Below, piece after piece: positions 14,025 to 27,544 of a stretch of DNA of 64,000 nucleotides (positions are counted from its first letter, which is position 1; each line of letters starts with the position of its first letter). The position numbers and the translations under genes are program-made. Origin of the DNA: Octopus sinensis (lineage: Eukaryota); the NCBI RefSeq assembly GCF_006345805.1, contig NC_043005.1:84754001-84818000 (forward strand). The letters run 5' to 3'. The notes beneath the pieces were generated by a model, which was not told where the DNA came from, searched no databases, and saw only the letters and a program-made list of their open reading frames with translations.

Positions 14025-14330
14025 GCTTAACATCCGTTTTCCATGCTGGCATGGGCTGGTACATTCGGCTGGGGTCTGGGAAGCCAAGAGGCTTCACCAT
14101 ACTCCAGTCTGATCTGGCAGTGTTTCTACAGCTGGATGCCCTTCCTAATGCCAACCACTCTGTGAGTGTAGTGGGTGCTTTTTACATGCCAGAGGAGGCT
14201 GGCAACAGCCATGATTGGTTGGTGCTTCTTATGTGCCACAGGCAAGGAAGCCAGTGAAGGTGGCACTGGCATCAGCCACGTTTGGATGGCGGTTTATACG
14301 TGCCACCTGCATGATTATCACAACTACAAT
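14005..14330 (-). mobile_element. RTE 3'UTR/tail fragment
   Basis: (CAT)n-CGCTTAACATCCGTTTTCCATGC...GGATGCCCTTCCTAATGCC. Confidence 0.85.
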
Positions 14331-15021
14331 TTCCATTTGATTTTTATTTTGATGTTGATGTGGCAAAAAAAAAAGAAAAATTTGAAATAATAATAATTAT
14401 TATTATTGAATTGGCAAGCTGACAGAATCATTAGCATGCCAGGAAAAATTCTTAGCAGCATTTTGTCAGTCTTTATATTCTGAGCTCAAATTCCACCAAA
14501 TTTGACTTTGCCTTTCATCCTTTTGGGGTTTGATGAAATAAATACCAGTTCAGTATTGGGGTCAATATAATTGTCTTATCTCCTGCCCTGGAATTACTGG
14601 CCTTGTGTCAAAATTTGAAACCATTAATTTTCAGAAGGGTGAAAGGCAGAGTCGGCTGGGACGGGATTTGAACTTGGGAACCCAAGATAAGAAGTGAAAA
14701 TATACAGGGCAAGACATCATGTCCGATGATGGAATTAGTAAATGTTAACATGAGGCGGGAACGAGGAATTTCAGAATGATCTAACCGATATAATGCTTCG
14801 TTACAGCGACCTTGTGCCTGGTAATTAATCTTAGCTCTTCTCAATAATTACAGGAAATGAGACTTAATGAAGCAGAGGAGCGTCTGTTAGTTTTTGGTTA
14901 AAAGGTCAAAAGGTTAAGAGATTGTTGTGCAAATCGAGCTAAAGCGTAGGTATGTATGTGTGTGTGTTTGTGTAAGTATATACATCCATGTATGTGTATG
15001 TGTATATATCTATGCATATAT

Positions 15022-15072
<51 letters not shown>

Positions 15073-15101
15073 ACATATGTATGTATCTATGTATGTATAT
15101 T

Positions 15102-15166
<65 letters not shown>

Positions 15167-15286
15167 TATATATATAATATATATATATATATCTATCTAT
15201 CTATCTATATATATATATCTATCTATCTATATATATATTATATATATATATATATATATTATATATATCTTTCTATAAGTGTGTAC

Positions 15287-15326
<40 letters not shown>

Positions 15327-15337
15327 TTCTCTCTCCG

Positions 15338-15368
<31 letters not shown>

Positions 15369-15744
15369 GTATACAAAGATATATATATACACATATGTGT
15401 GTTTGTATGTATATTCTTTTATACGTTTACTCTTTTATTAGTTTCAGTAATTTGACGGCAGCCATGCTGGAGCACCGCTCTTAGTCGAACAAATCAATGC
15501 CAGAATTTATTCTTTGTAAGCCTAGGATTTATTCTATCGTTCTCTTCTGCCGAACTACTAAGTTACAAGGACGTGGACACACCAGCATCGGTTGTCAAGT
15601 GATGGTGGTGGTGGGGACAAACACAGAGAGATATAGGGAGTCCCTTCTCTACTCGCCTTCCTGAGTGAAATGAGCTAGGTTCTTGTAATGAACCTAAGAA
15701 GCTTAAGGTTGCATGGGGCTGAATCAAATTGTTTTAAAATACAA

Positions 15745-16290
15745 GAATAATACAGTTCTGTATTTAAGAGATGAGGAATTATTTACATTATTTACATTAT
15801 TTACATTATTTGCTTTTGATGGATATTTGTCCTCATCTTGTTTATTGTTAACAAAATGTTTTGGCTGATATACCCTCCAGCCTTCATCAGGTGTCTTGGG
15901 GAAATTTTGAACCTGGGTTCTCATTCTTAAGGTATTTTTCGATCTTCTTCTTCTTCTTCCTCTTCTTCTTATTATTCTTCTTCTTCTTATTATTATTATC
16001 ATTATTATTATTATTATCATTCAGGTCTTAACCACTACGCCATATGCCCGTGGGCATATGGCATAGTGATTAAGAGCGCATGCTACTAACCCCAAGATTA
16101 CAAGTTCGATTCCAGGCAGTGACCTGAATAATAATAATAATGATAATAATAATAATAATAACAACATCAAAAAATACCTTAGGAATGAGAACCCAGGTTC
16201 GAAATTCCCCCCCAAGACACCTGATGAAGGCTGGAGGGTATATCAGCTGAAAGGTTGAGGTCAAATATCCGTCAAATGTAAATAATGTAC
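15745..16290. mobile_element. Head-to-head pair of tRNA-head/hammerhead elements
   Basis: Centre GCCATATGCCC-GT-GGGCATATGGC; left copy on - (HHR 15850-15895); right copy on + (A box TGGCATAGTGA, B box GTTCGATTCC, HHR 16216-16256). Confidence 0.8.
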
Positions 16291-17059
16291 AACAACAATG
16301 ACATGCACTTGTGTGTATGTATGAATGTATATATATGCATGTGTGTTTGTATGTATGTATATATATATATATATATATATATGTCCAAGTCCTCGCTCTC
16401 TCGTCTATCAACCTTCGCCATCTTGAAGTCTGTTTCTTTAGTACACTTCCGCCTTGTCCAAAAATTACCCTTCCGGTCAACTTATACTTAAAAGGCCACC
16501 CCACACGTGCTCTATCTCATTCACCTAGCAGCTATATCCTGAGTACAGATAAGTTGAAAACTTATTTTCACTTCTCGACCAATCATACTACACTCAAAAC
16601 ATGTTTTTATCTATCTATCTATTTTATCTACTTACTAATTACTAATACGCTTAAGCAGTTGTCATCATATTCCCTAATTCCTCTCATCATTATGTGCCGA
16701 TAATTTCTCCATTTCTCCACCGTCCCTTTATTAATTTTGCCCGTCCAAGTCCTCGCTCTCTCGTCCATCAACCTTCGCGTATTCGCGGTGCACCCGCCCT
16801 TGATGCCCCACCTCCCACCCCCACCACCACCACCACCAATACCTAATATCTCTAGATTTTGGCTCCATCTATACCGGATGTCGCTTCTCCCACCACCATT
16901 ATAGGTGTCTACTCTTCGAACCCCCCTCTTCAATACGCTATTTCACCATGCATTACCCCTCTCGTGATATCCTACGTTCTACTTCTCTAGAACCTGTCAT
17001 TGTTTCTCCGAACACCCCTCCCCACTGGTGCTCCCCTATATTTCTGCACCCCCCCCCCC

Positions 17060-17360
17060 ACATAAAGCACCATCCGAACGTGGCCGATGCCAGCACCGCC
17101 CCGACTGGCTTCTGTGCAGGTGGCACATAAAAAGCACCAACCGACCGTGGCCGATGCCAGACCCCTCTGGCACCTGTGCAGGTGGCACGTAAAAAGCACC
17201 CACTACACTCGCGGAGTGGTTGGCGTTAGGAAGGGCATCCAGCTGTAAGAAACACTGCCAGACCAGACTGGAGCCTGGGGCAGCCCCTGGCTCCCCAGAC
17301 CCCGGTCGAAACCGTCCAACCCGTGCTAGCGCGGAAAACGGACGTTAAACGATGATGATG

Positions 17361-17410
<50 letters not shown>

Positions 17411-17425
17411 CATACGTACACACAC

Positions 17426-17460
<35 letters not shown>

Positions 17461-17499
17461 ATATATATGTATAATATGTATATATGTATTATATATGTA

Positions 17500-17530
<31 letters not shown>

Positions 17531-17551
17531 CATATACATACGTACACACAC

Positions 17552-17586
<35 letters not shown>

Positions 17587-17629
17587 ATATATATGTCTAA
17601 TATATGTATATATGTATATATATATGTAG

Positions 17630-17680
<51 letters not shown>

Positions 17681-18015
17681 GTGTGTCGGTGGCACATAAA
17701 AACACCATCTGAGCGTGGCCGTCTGCCAGCCTCGTCTGGTACCTATGTCGGTGGCACATAAAAAAAAAAAAAAAAAACACCATCCGAGCGTGGCCGTTCG
17801 CCAGCCTCGTCTGGCACCTGTGTCGGTGGCACATAAAATCACCCACTACACTCTCGGAGTGGTTGGCATTAGGAAGGGCATCCAGCTGTAGAAACACTGC
17901 CAGATCTGACTGGCCTGGTGCAGCCTTCGGGCTCCCCAGACCCCAGTTGAACCGTCCAACCCATGCTAGCATGGAAAGCGGACGTTAAATGATGATGATG
18001 ATGATGATGATGATA
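17060..18015 (+). mobile_element. Two RTE tail fragments (17060-17362, 17690-18015) separated by (TA)n
   Basis: Both carry the shared tail and (GAT)n. Confidence 0.85.
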
Positions 18016-18067
18016 TGTATGTGTGTGTGTATATATATATATATGTGTATATATATATATATATATA

Positions 18068-18447
18068 CACTACCGTCAGAAATTAATTAGCACCCTTGAT
18101 TTGCTCTTCACTCAAGGTATGTGCTGTCACCTAGTGGCCATATCTCGAACTATTGCTTTGTTGCGAGTTCACTGTTGCGCAGAACGATGACGTAACTTTG
18201 TTTGCAGAGCAGTTTGAGAGTCTACAGCCTTATGAAGTTGACATAGCAGTGCAACAACAACTTGGAGTGCGGATGCAGACAAATCTTCCTTTGTTTAATA
18301 GATATAGGTAGCGCCTCGCAAGGACCGAAATCACACCATACTAAGTTTTCTCATCGCGTAAGACGTTTTGAACAGCTCATAGGTTAATTGATTTAACCTA
18401 TTTAATGTAGAAATTTGAGAAGTGCTAATTAATTTCTGACGCAAGTG
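18068..18447. mobile_element. Tc1/mariner-like MITE
   Basis: 26-bp TIRs CACTACCGTCAGAAATTAATTAGCAC / GTGCTAATTAATTTCTGACGCAAGTG, TA on both sides. Confidence 0.85.
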
Positions 18448-19295
18448 TATATATATATATATATGTATATATATATGTATATATATATATATGTATATAT
18501 ATATGTATATGTATGTGCATTTGTAAACTATGTAAATATATGCAAATAAGTATGTATGTCTGTGAATGTATATGGTTACACATATAACTACACATGTACC
18601 ACCGTATCCATGTGAGTCCATATAATACATGTTTGTATGTGAATAAGTTATGCCGTGACAGGCAAACCTTTGAAAAGAAACCACTGTTGTAAAACGTCAA
18701 CATCGTTTGATAGACATTTAGCGTAAGCGATAGGAAGATAAATAAATAAATGGATAATGAGCGAGAGAGAGATAGAGATAGAGATAGAAAGGAAGAGACT
18801 GTTTAGTAATGCAATCTTTAATGGCCGCCGTCGCCATGGTGGAGGTGGTGATGGCTTTACCGTAAACGTGATTACCACTCTGATCTACATAGAGCCAGTG
18901 TTAAGTAGAACTACAATCACTGCTCACACAAACGATGTCATTAAGAATGAATGAGCTTAGGCATGAATAAATAAGCAGATAGATTAATGAATGGCTTGTT
19001 ATAAGGACTGTGACAATGGCGGTCATTAGTTGGACGGCGGGGGAGAACAGATAGCGTTATAAATTATTTTTTCTGTTTGTTTATATTGATATAAGGTCAG
19101 GATATGTAAGAGAGTTACGGTCAATTAAGTTAGCCCTAATATGTGACTGGTACCATATTTAAACATGCAACGATGCGCAAAAAGACTTGTAGACAATTCC
19201 TGACTGATATTAAATTAGGGGTGAAATGTAAGGGAAAGAAAGGCATTTAGTTGGGAATTGGAAACAGCTATAAAGGTTTATTGATGCTAAGGTAT

Positions 19296-19723
19296 GGATC
19301 TTTTCGGTTTGAACGGCAGTTTTTAACATAATTTTTAGGTAACTAAAAAATCTTAAACTTCGTATACTGGTAGAATGTGTTTATAAAACATCTTTTTCTC
19401 TTGGCTTTATTGAGAAAATTCTTCAGTTTGTAAGATATTTGTTGTTTTTTTTTCTTCAATTTCTGCAATTTCAACCAATCAATGACGTCCACTGAGGTAA
19501 AAAAACACATTCTGTGCCGTATGAATATGTCCCTCGTTTAAGAAACAGATTGGGTTTATTTACATTTGTGAAAAAAAGATACCCTTCCCCCCACCCCTAA
19601 CCCTAATTAACCCTAATCCTAAAGCAGATTGAAATGCAATAGATCGATACTAGGGTCATAATTATTGGTGACAATTTCATATAACACCGCTAGAAAAAAC
19701 TGCCATTCAAACCGAAAAGATCC
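19296..19723. mobile_element. MITE with 29-bp TIRs starting GG and an 8-bp TSD (Merlin-like)
   Basis: TIR GGATCTTTTCGGTTTGAA(C/T)GGCAGTTTTT; TAAGGTAT at 19288-19295 and 19724-19731. Confidence 0.85.
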
Positions 19724-22700
19724 TAAGGTATTACTGGTATATATATAGGGTGCGGCGGAAAAATCTTTCATATTTTACTCAGCTTTTGGTGTTCTGCTTG
19801 TAAAGTTAGTCAAATGGTAAAGATGGTGGCGTGTAGCTAATGTTCAACTCTTTCGTTTAGTTGCCATCAGGGCGTTCCACTGATACAACACTGTTGGTCT
19901 CACACTTCGTCCTTTCTTGTTTGCATCATGAAAATTGCTCGAAAACAATTATTCGAAAAAAACTGTTCGTAAAACAGTTGTTCAAAAGAAATATCATTTG
20001 TGTACTTGATTTTTAATTTTATCATTTTTGTTTAAGTAAAAAAAAAAAAAAAATTAGAAAAATTAACATTTCGTATAATTGTCCTTTTGAATAATTTTCA
20101 TTCATACAATTTTTCATTCAAATAAAGGTTCTTCAAATAATTGTTTTCGAATAATTCATCATCATCATCATCATCATCATCATCGTCATCGTCATCGTCA
20201 TCATCATCATCATCATTATCATCATCGTTTAACGTCCGTTTTACATGCTGGCATGGGTTGGACAGTTTGCCTGGGGTCTGGCAAACCAGGACACTGCACC
20301 ATGTTCCCATCTGATCTGGCAAGGCTTCTACAGCTGGATGCTCTTCCTAACGCCAACCACTCCCAGAGTATAGTGGGTACATTTTACATGCCACCGGCAC
20401 GGGGAGCCAATCAGGTGGCACTAGCAACGACCCAAAATTATTTTCGAACAATGTTCACATAACCTTCTTGTTTAGTTTATCATATTGACGGTATTAAATT
20501 GGATTAGTCTTAATTAGATAACGATGTCTACTAAGGCAGGAATTTAACAAGTATGGCAGATTGTCAGCTATAGCATGTCTTGCCAAATATTTCACTTTGT
20601 ATATAAATTTAGATCTTTTTTAGGTCAGGTTTGTCCCTCACCATTTGGTTTGATGTTATAAGTAGCAGTGGAAAGATTATAAGGTACCAGTAATTGGTTA
20701 AGGGAAGTTCATTCAGTCATGTTGTACCGTTGTATTACGATAGGCATGGCCATGTGGTTGTAAAGCTTAGCTTTGCAACCATATGGTTGTGAGTTCAGTC
20801 TCACTGTCTGGCACCTTGAACAAATGTCTTCTGATATGGGCTTGAACCGACCAAAACTGAAAGAAGCCTGTGATGTACACACACACAAACACACACAAAC
20901 ATGCACATACACACATGCATACGTACACACATGCACACACACACGCAGAGGCACATGTGCACACACAGACACACAGATACACACACACAGAGAAATACAC
21001 AGGCACACACACACACATACATACAACAGCAAACATACACACAGAAACACACAAGCACACACAAGCACACACATACACACACAGATACATGCACACACAC
21101 ACACAGGAGAAGGTCCATGGCCTGGTGGTTAGAGTGTTGCACTCAAAATCGTGAGATCATGGTTTCAATTCCTGGATCGAGTGGTGTATTGTATTCTTGA
21201 GCAAAACCCTTCATCTCAGATTGTTCTGCTGTAATCACTTTAGAAAGTGTCTTTTGATGAACTGCTAAGTTGCAGGGACATAATCACACCAACACTGGTT
21301 GTCAAGTGGTGGTGGGGGACAAACACACACACACACATGACAGGCTTCTTTCAGTTTCCATCTACCAAATCCACTCACAGGGCTTTGGTTGGCTGAGGCT
21401 GTAATAGAAGACACTTGCTCAAGGTGCCACACAGTAGGACTGAACCCCGAACGATGTGTTTGGTAAGCAAGCTTCTTACCATACAACCATGTGTGTACCT
21501 GTACACATGGAAAGGCATCCAGCTGTAGAAAATCTGTTTCACAAAATTCTATCTGACCCAAGCAAGCATGGAATAAGTGGACATTAAAACGATGATGAAA
21601 AATTCTGTTTATGTTATGTAACAAAATCAAAAATGTAACTTTGGGTGGCGATTGGTGAGCAAGTTGCAACTTGGGAGAACATTATGGAAATTTGAAATTG
21701 TGTTCTTTGACAGCTAAAAACAAATAAACAAATAAATGGAATACTTCAGAAGAAAAAAAAAGAAAAAAAATTGGAGTGAAATTTCGAAAGCAAATAGCAA
21801 ATGTCAAACCTACCAGTAGCAGGAACTGACTATTTGATCTGCAATTTTAATATCAAAGTTGAAGTTATTTAGTGCAAACTGCTCTCTGGAAACTCAACAA
21901 CAAACTTCATTAAGGCAGAAAGTTAGTTGTCATACCTGGATGAGTTTCTGAGTTGATTCATTCAAGTGGCAACAGAAGAGAGAAACTAGATGAAACATTG
22001 TTATGGCTGTTGGTTATTGAGATGTGAGTACGAAACTTGATGCAGGAAGATTGAAATCAAGGTGACTTTAAGTATCGGAGACTCTGTGCGTTCAGCTTAT
22101 CAGAAGTTACTTGTGGTTGCTGTTGTTGTTGTTGTTGTTATTGATTGCTTACAGAGAGACAGGGTGCGGCAAAATAAAAGAAAGAAAAACACCATCTCAG
22201 ATTCACCGTTTTTGATAAACATTGCATCTTCGACCTGAACACTCTACACTAGTCTGGTGTGTGGGTATGTGTTTGTATGTACCCTTGTAACAGTGGCTTA
22301 GTGGTTAGTGTATTACGCTCATAATTGTAAAGTTGTAAGTTCAATTCTTTGGTCGGTCATTGAGTCCTTGAGCATGACACTTTGTTTTTTGTTGCTCTAG
22401 ACCACTCAAGAGGCAAAAATGCATCATACCTATTTCTTTATTACCCACAAAAGGCTAAACATAGAGAGGACAAACAAGAACAGACAAAGGTATTAAGTCG
22501 ATTACATCGACCCCAGTACATAACTGGTACTTAATTTATCGACCCTGAAAGGATGAAAGACAAAGTCGACCTCAGCAGAATTTGAACTCAGAGCATAGCG
22601 GCAGACGAAATACCTATTTCTATTTCTTTACTACCCACAAGGGGCTGAACACAGAGAGGACAAACAAAGACAGACAGACAGATTAAGTCGATTATATTGA

Positions 22701-24299
22701 CCCCAGTGCGTAACTGGTACTTATTTAATCAACCCCGAAAGGCAAAGTCGATCTTGGCGGAATTTGAACTCAGAATGTAGCAGCAGATGAAATACCACTA
22801 GGCATTTCGCCTGGCATGCTAATGGTTCTGCCAGCTTGCTGCCATCATACCTGTAATTCAAAGGGGACCAGCCTTGTAACACTCCATATCATGCTGAATT
22901 TTCCTGGCTGGGAACTATGTTAAGGGTACACTTGTCTGTGGAGTGCTCAGCCACTTGCACATTGATTTCATGAGCAGGGTGCTCCGTTGATTGAACCAAC
23001 TGGAACCTTCGTCATTGTAACTGACAAAGTGTCAGTTAGTTGTGTGTATGTGTATGTTTGTGTGTCCCCTTTACGTTTCATGATCGTTGGAAACAATAAG
23101 CAACCCCCCCCTCCATCATACAAGCAATACTGTTCATTTGCAGTCTTCTGCGGAAACCATGTCTAGCCATGGTGAAGTATTACCATTTCTTGGAATCAGG
23201 TGAGGTTTGATGGCAGGAAGCTGACACAGAATGTGACAAGGCTGGCACACATGTACAGATACACATACATAGCAGCACACACACACACAGAAATACAGAG
23301 GCAAACACACACATATGCATACAACAGGAAACATACACACAGAAACACACAGGCACACACATAGACACAGACACAGACTCACACACATAACAGCACACAC
23401 ACAGAAATGCACTGGCACACACACACACACACACATACAACAGCAAACATACACACAGAAATACACAAGCACACACATACACACACAGTGATACATGCAT
23501 ACACACACACAGAGGAGAAGGTGCACGGCCTGGTGGTTAGAGTGTTGCACTCAAAATCGTGAGATCGTGGTTTCAATTCCTGGATCGAGTGGTGTATTGT
23601 ATTCTTGAGCAAAACCCTTCATCTCAGATTGTTCTGCTGTAATCACTTTGGAAAGCAAGGCTGTGGGATAAGAAGTTTACGTTCTGACCACATGGCTCTG
23701 GGTTCAGTCCCACTACATGGCACCTTGGGCAAGTGTCTTCTACTATAACCCCAGGTCAATCAAAGATTTGTGAGTGGATTTGGTAGATGGAAACTGAACG
23801 AAGTCTGCCACACACACACACCACACACACAAACACACACACACACACACAAACCCACACACACAAACACACACACACACACACACACAAACACATATGT
23901 GAAGGCATGTGGCTTAGTGGTTAGAGCGTTTGGTTGTGAGTTCAATTGTATCCTTGAGCAAAACACTTTATTTCATGTTGTTCCAGTCCAATCAGCTTGC
24001 AAAAATGCAAAAATGCTTGCAAAAGGCTTAGAAAATCTGCCTCAGTAAAACTCCATCTGACTTAAATATGGATGGAAGGACATCTGGCTGTTGAAATTCT
24101 GCCTTACCAAATTCTCTCAGCTCCACACAATGACAGTGACTTTAGGACAGTATGTCCAGGTTATCGAAAGTTAATTGTGGTTGGTTGATGTTGATTGCTT
24201 ACATAAATAAAAGATGTGGCGAAATAAAGAGAAAACGCCTCATATCACCGTCTTTGATAAACATTACAACTGCAACTGTCCCAGACTACGATGGCAATT

Positions 24300-24866
24300 A
24301 AATCAAAATCAAAGTCAAATTCGATGACTGGCGTCCGTGCTAGCGGGGTGTAAAGAGCACCATACGAGTGTGATCATTGACAGAGTAGCTAACCAGCTTC
24401 CATGCCAGTGGCACTTAAAAGGTACCATTTGAGTGTGATCGTTACCAGCGTTGCCTTACTGGCACTAGAGCCCCATGCTAGTAGGGTATTAGGAGCACCA
24501 TCTGAGCGTGATCGTTGCCAGAGTGGCTAACTGGCTTTGGTGCCGGTGGCATGTAAAAGACACCATTTGAGCATGATCGTTACCAGCATCGCCTTACTGG
24601 CACCTGTGCCAGTGGCATGTGTAAAAGATTTGAGTGAGGTCGTTGCCAGTACCACCTGACTGGCCCCGTGCTGTTGGCACATAAAAGCTCCCACTACACT
24701 CTTGGAGTGGTTGGTGTTAGGAAGGGCATCCAGCTGTAGAAACTCTGCCAGATCAAGATTGAAGCCTAGTGCAGCCATCTGGTTCGCCAGCCCTCATTCA
24801 TTCATCCAATCCATGCTAGCATGGAAAGCAGACGTTAAACGAGGATGATGATGATGATGATGATGA
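24300..24866 (+). mobile_element. RTE-family 3'UTR/tail fragment (second subfamily)
   Basis: GATGACTGGCGTCCGTGCTAGCGGGGTG...; closely matches 34860-35410. Confidence 0.85.
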
Positions 24867-26202
24867 AATTGTAAAACATTAGTTACATGGCGACATCGTT
24901 AACATTTGTCTAAGTTCACTTAATCTTCATGTAAAATATGAAAGGTTTTTCTGATGCATGCTGTACAAACACATTTATGTGTGTGTGTGCAGGGTGATGC
25001 TATAAACCATCCCACATTTTATAGGTTGATCGTTCAACATCAAATGCACAGTGCATATTGATTCAAATAATATTAATAAAGTTGGTAGAAATATGTGAAT
25101 AATTTAGGATTATTTTATAAAAGTATAACTTTTACTCCATATTAAGATGGCATATTAATATGAAGAATTTATGATAATTTAATAAAAATGGTAAAACATC
25201 AGCTACATGAAGACATCATTACCATCTTCCTCACTTTACTACAACCACATCAATGGCTATTTAGAAACCTGGGAGGTTTTTCTGTCGCACTCTGTACAAG
25301 GCCAACAGTCTGGGTGTTTTGTACAGGTGATCAAATGAATGTCAGTGTTTATTTGGAGGTTTTAATAACTGCAACAAAAGTAAAGTAAATAAATGTACAA
25401 GAAAAACAACAATAATAATAATAATAAGAAGAAGATTTTCTGTAAAAGGTTTGCTTAGAATGAGTCAACCTGGAGTTAAACACAAAAAACCCCCAAAAAA
25501 CAAGAAAAGCAAAGAATAAATTTTAGGAGAATCACCAAGAAAATGGATTTTGAAGGATTGGTCAGAATGTTGTGGAAAATGATCTGTGTTATTATTTTTT
25601 TTTTTGATCTTTTACTTGTTTTAGTCATTAGACTGTGGCCATGCTGGAGCACCACCTTGAACGATTTGAGTCGAATGAATTGACGCCAGTACTTATATTC
25701 ATCTTAAGTCATGTACTTTGTCTATCAGTCTCTTTTGCCACACTACTGAGTTCTAGGGACATAAATAAACCAGCAGCGGTTGACAAGTAGTGGTGGGGGT
25801 ACAAACACAAACACAAACACACACATATGTACATCTATATACATATAAATACATGCACACACATCTACATATATATATATGTAAATATAGAGAATATACA
25901 TATATATACACACATATAAATACGTTTATGTGAATTTGTTTTGAGGTTTGAAATCAACTGATGAAGAGTCCTTTCTCTATATTTACTTCTGTTTTCCATT
26001 TTTTCTCATTGTTTACATATTTCACTCACTTTTCCCTCGTTTGTTTATGTATATCATGTTATTTGCACCTTTGGTGATGTCCTGTACCCATATATGCATA
26101 TGTATATACATATATACATATACATACAAACGCACATTTATATGTATATATATAAATATATACTTATGTTTCGTGTTCTACCTGCCTTGTTTATACTTCC
26201 AA

Positions 26203-26254
<52 letters not shown>

Positions 26255-26271
26255 AAATATATATATATATA

Positions 26272-26309
<38 letters not shown>

Positions 26310-26432
26310 GTGTGTGCGTGCATGCATATATAAAAATATACATGCATATATATATATATATATACACACATACACATATACATATATATGTATACGTACA
26401 CACACACACACATATATATATATATACATACA

Positions 26433-26468
<36 letters not shown>

Positions 26469-26837
26469 ACATGTATAGATATATTGTAATAATGTGCGTT
26501 TGTGAGAAAGACATTTGCTAATTAGAGAAAATATCTTTGCCACATCAGAGACACGTGATCGATCAGTTATGTATATCGTGTAAATTTGCAAATTTGCTCT
26601 GGAGTTCAATTTAATTTGAACACCCTGTTGTCTCCTCAATCTCTCATAAGTTTTTGCAGCTCAGAGAAATGGCAGCTCTTAAAATGGAGAACAAACACTG
26701 ATGAATAAACATGGAGGTACTATTAGAGGCATATACACGTATATAAGCATATAGTTATAGGTATATATATGTGTGTATAAGAATATGTGTAAATATGTGT
26801 ATGTATGTATATTCATATACATACGTACACACTCACG

Positions 26838-26894
<57 letters not shown>

Positions 26895-26993
26895 TTAGCC
26901 CCACCCATGCAAGCATGGAAGGTGGATGTTAAATGATGATACTAATGATGATGATGATGATATATATATATATATGGGAGGTGAGGTATATAT

Positions 26994-27085
26994 ATAGCAG
27001 CCATGATCTGACTTTAAAACCACCTAAATCTGACTTTGATATATGGACAATTTAGGTGGTATTAAAGTCAGATCATGGCTGCTAT
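26994..27085. repeat. Short hairpin element (36-bp arms)
   Basis: ATAGCAGCCATGATCTGACTTTAAAACCACCTAAAT is mirrored at 27050-27085 with 1 mismatch. Confidence 0.8.
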
Positions 27086-27220
27086 TTTCAGCATGGTGGT
27101 ATCTCATAGATACCCTAATTTATAATTTTAATAATTATTACCTTTAAAGGTTATTTTTTCATGCTGACCACTTGATAAAAATCATTATTATATTTTTAAA
27201 TTAACGATCTTAGCCTTACT

Positions 27221-27255
<35 letters not shown>

Positions 27256-27309
27256 TATATATATATAAGCGAGAAAAAAGCAACAAGAAAGCAACAAGAA
27301 TGGATAGGT

Positions 27310-27400
27310 TTTTAGTACAATCGTTCATACAAGGACAGGCTTTATTAAAAGTTGCAAAAATTGCAGCATATAAACGTTGTCCCGTACTCATCAGCTAAAA
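27310..27400 (-). ncRNA. Hammerhead copy in inverted PLE repeat, probably inactive
   Basis: Same motif as 30796-30886 but GAAAC is reduced to GAAC. Confidence 0.75.
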
Positions 27401-27544
27401 TACATGTGAGTTCTCTAGACATCCTAGTGGTTGAGGCTCTACTCATGAAGGGTAATGTAGATAATAAGTAACATAAACAGATTTCCAAAGTTCATTAAAG
27501 TTCTTTAAAGATGATGTACAGTCTTATCACAGAATTTTAAAAAA

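Noticed and set aside
4150-16125. tRNA genes
   Set aside because: The A/B-box sequences are repeated SINE or element heads lacking a complete acceptor stem.
19746-20000. Mariner-like left end TA|TAGGGTGCGGCGGAAAAA
   Set aside because: No right TIR or transposase sequence was found, so it is too weak to list as an element.
25960-25980. CTGATGAAGAGTCC and other lone CTGANGA matches (2896, 7524, 12060, 26698, 42695, 50910)
   Set aside because: No downstream GAAA with paired stems II and III.
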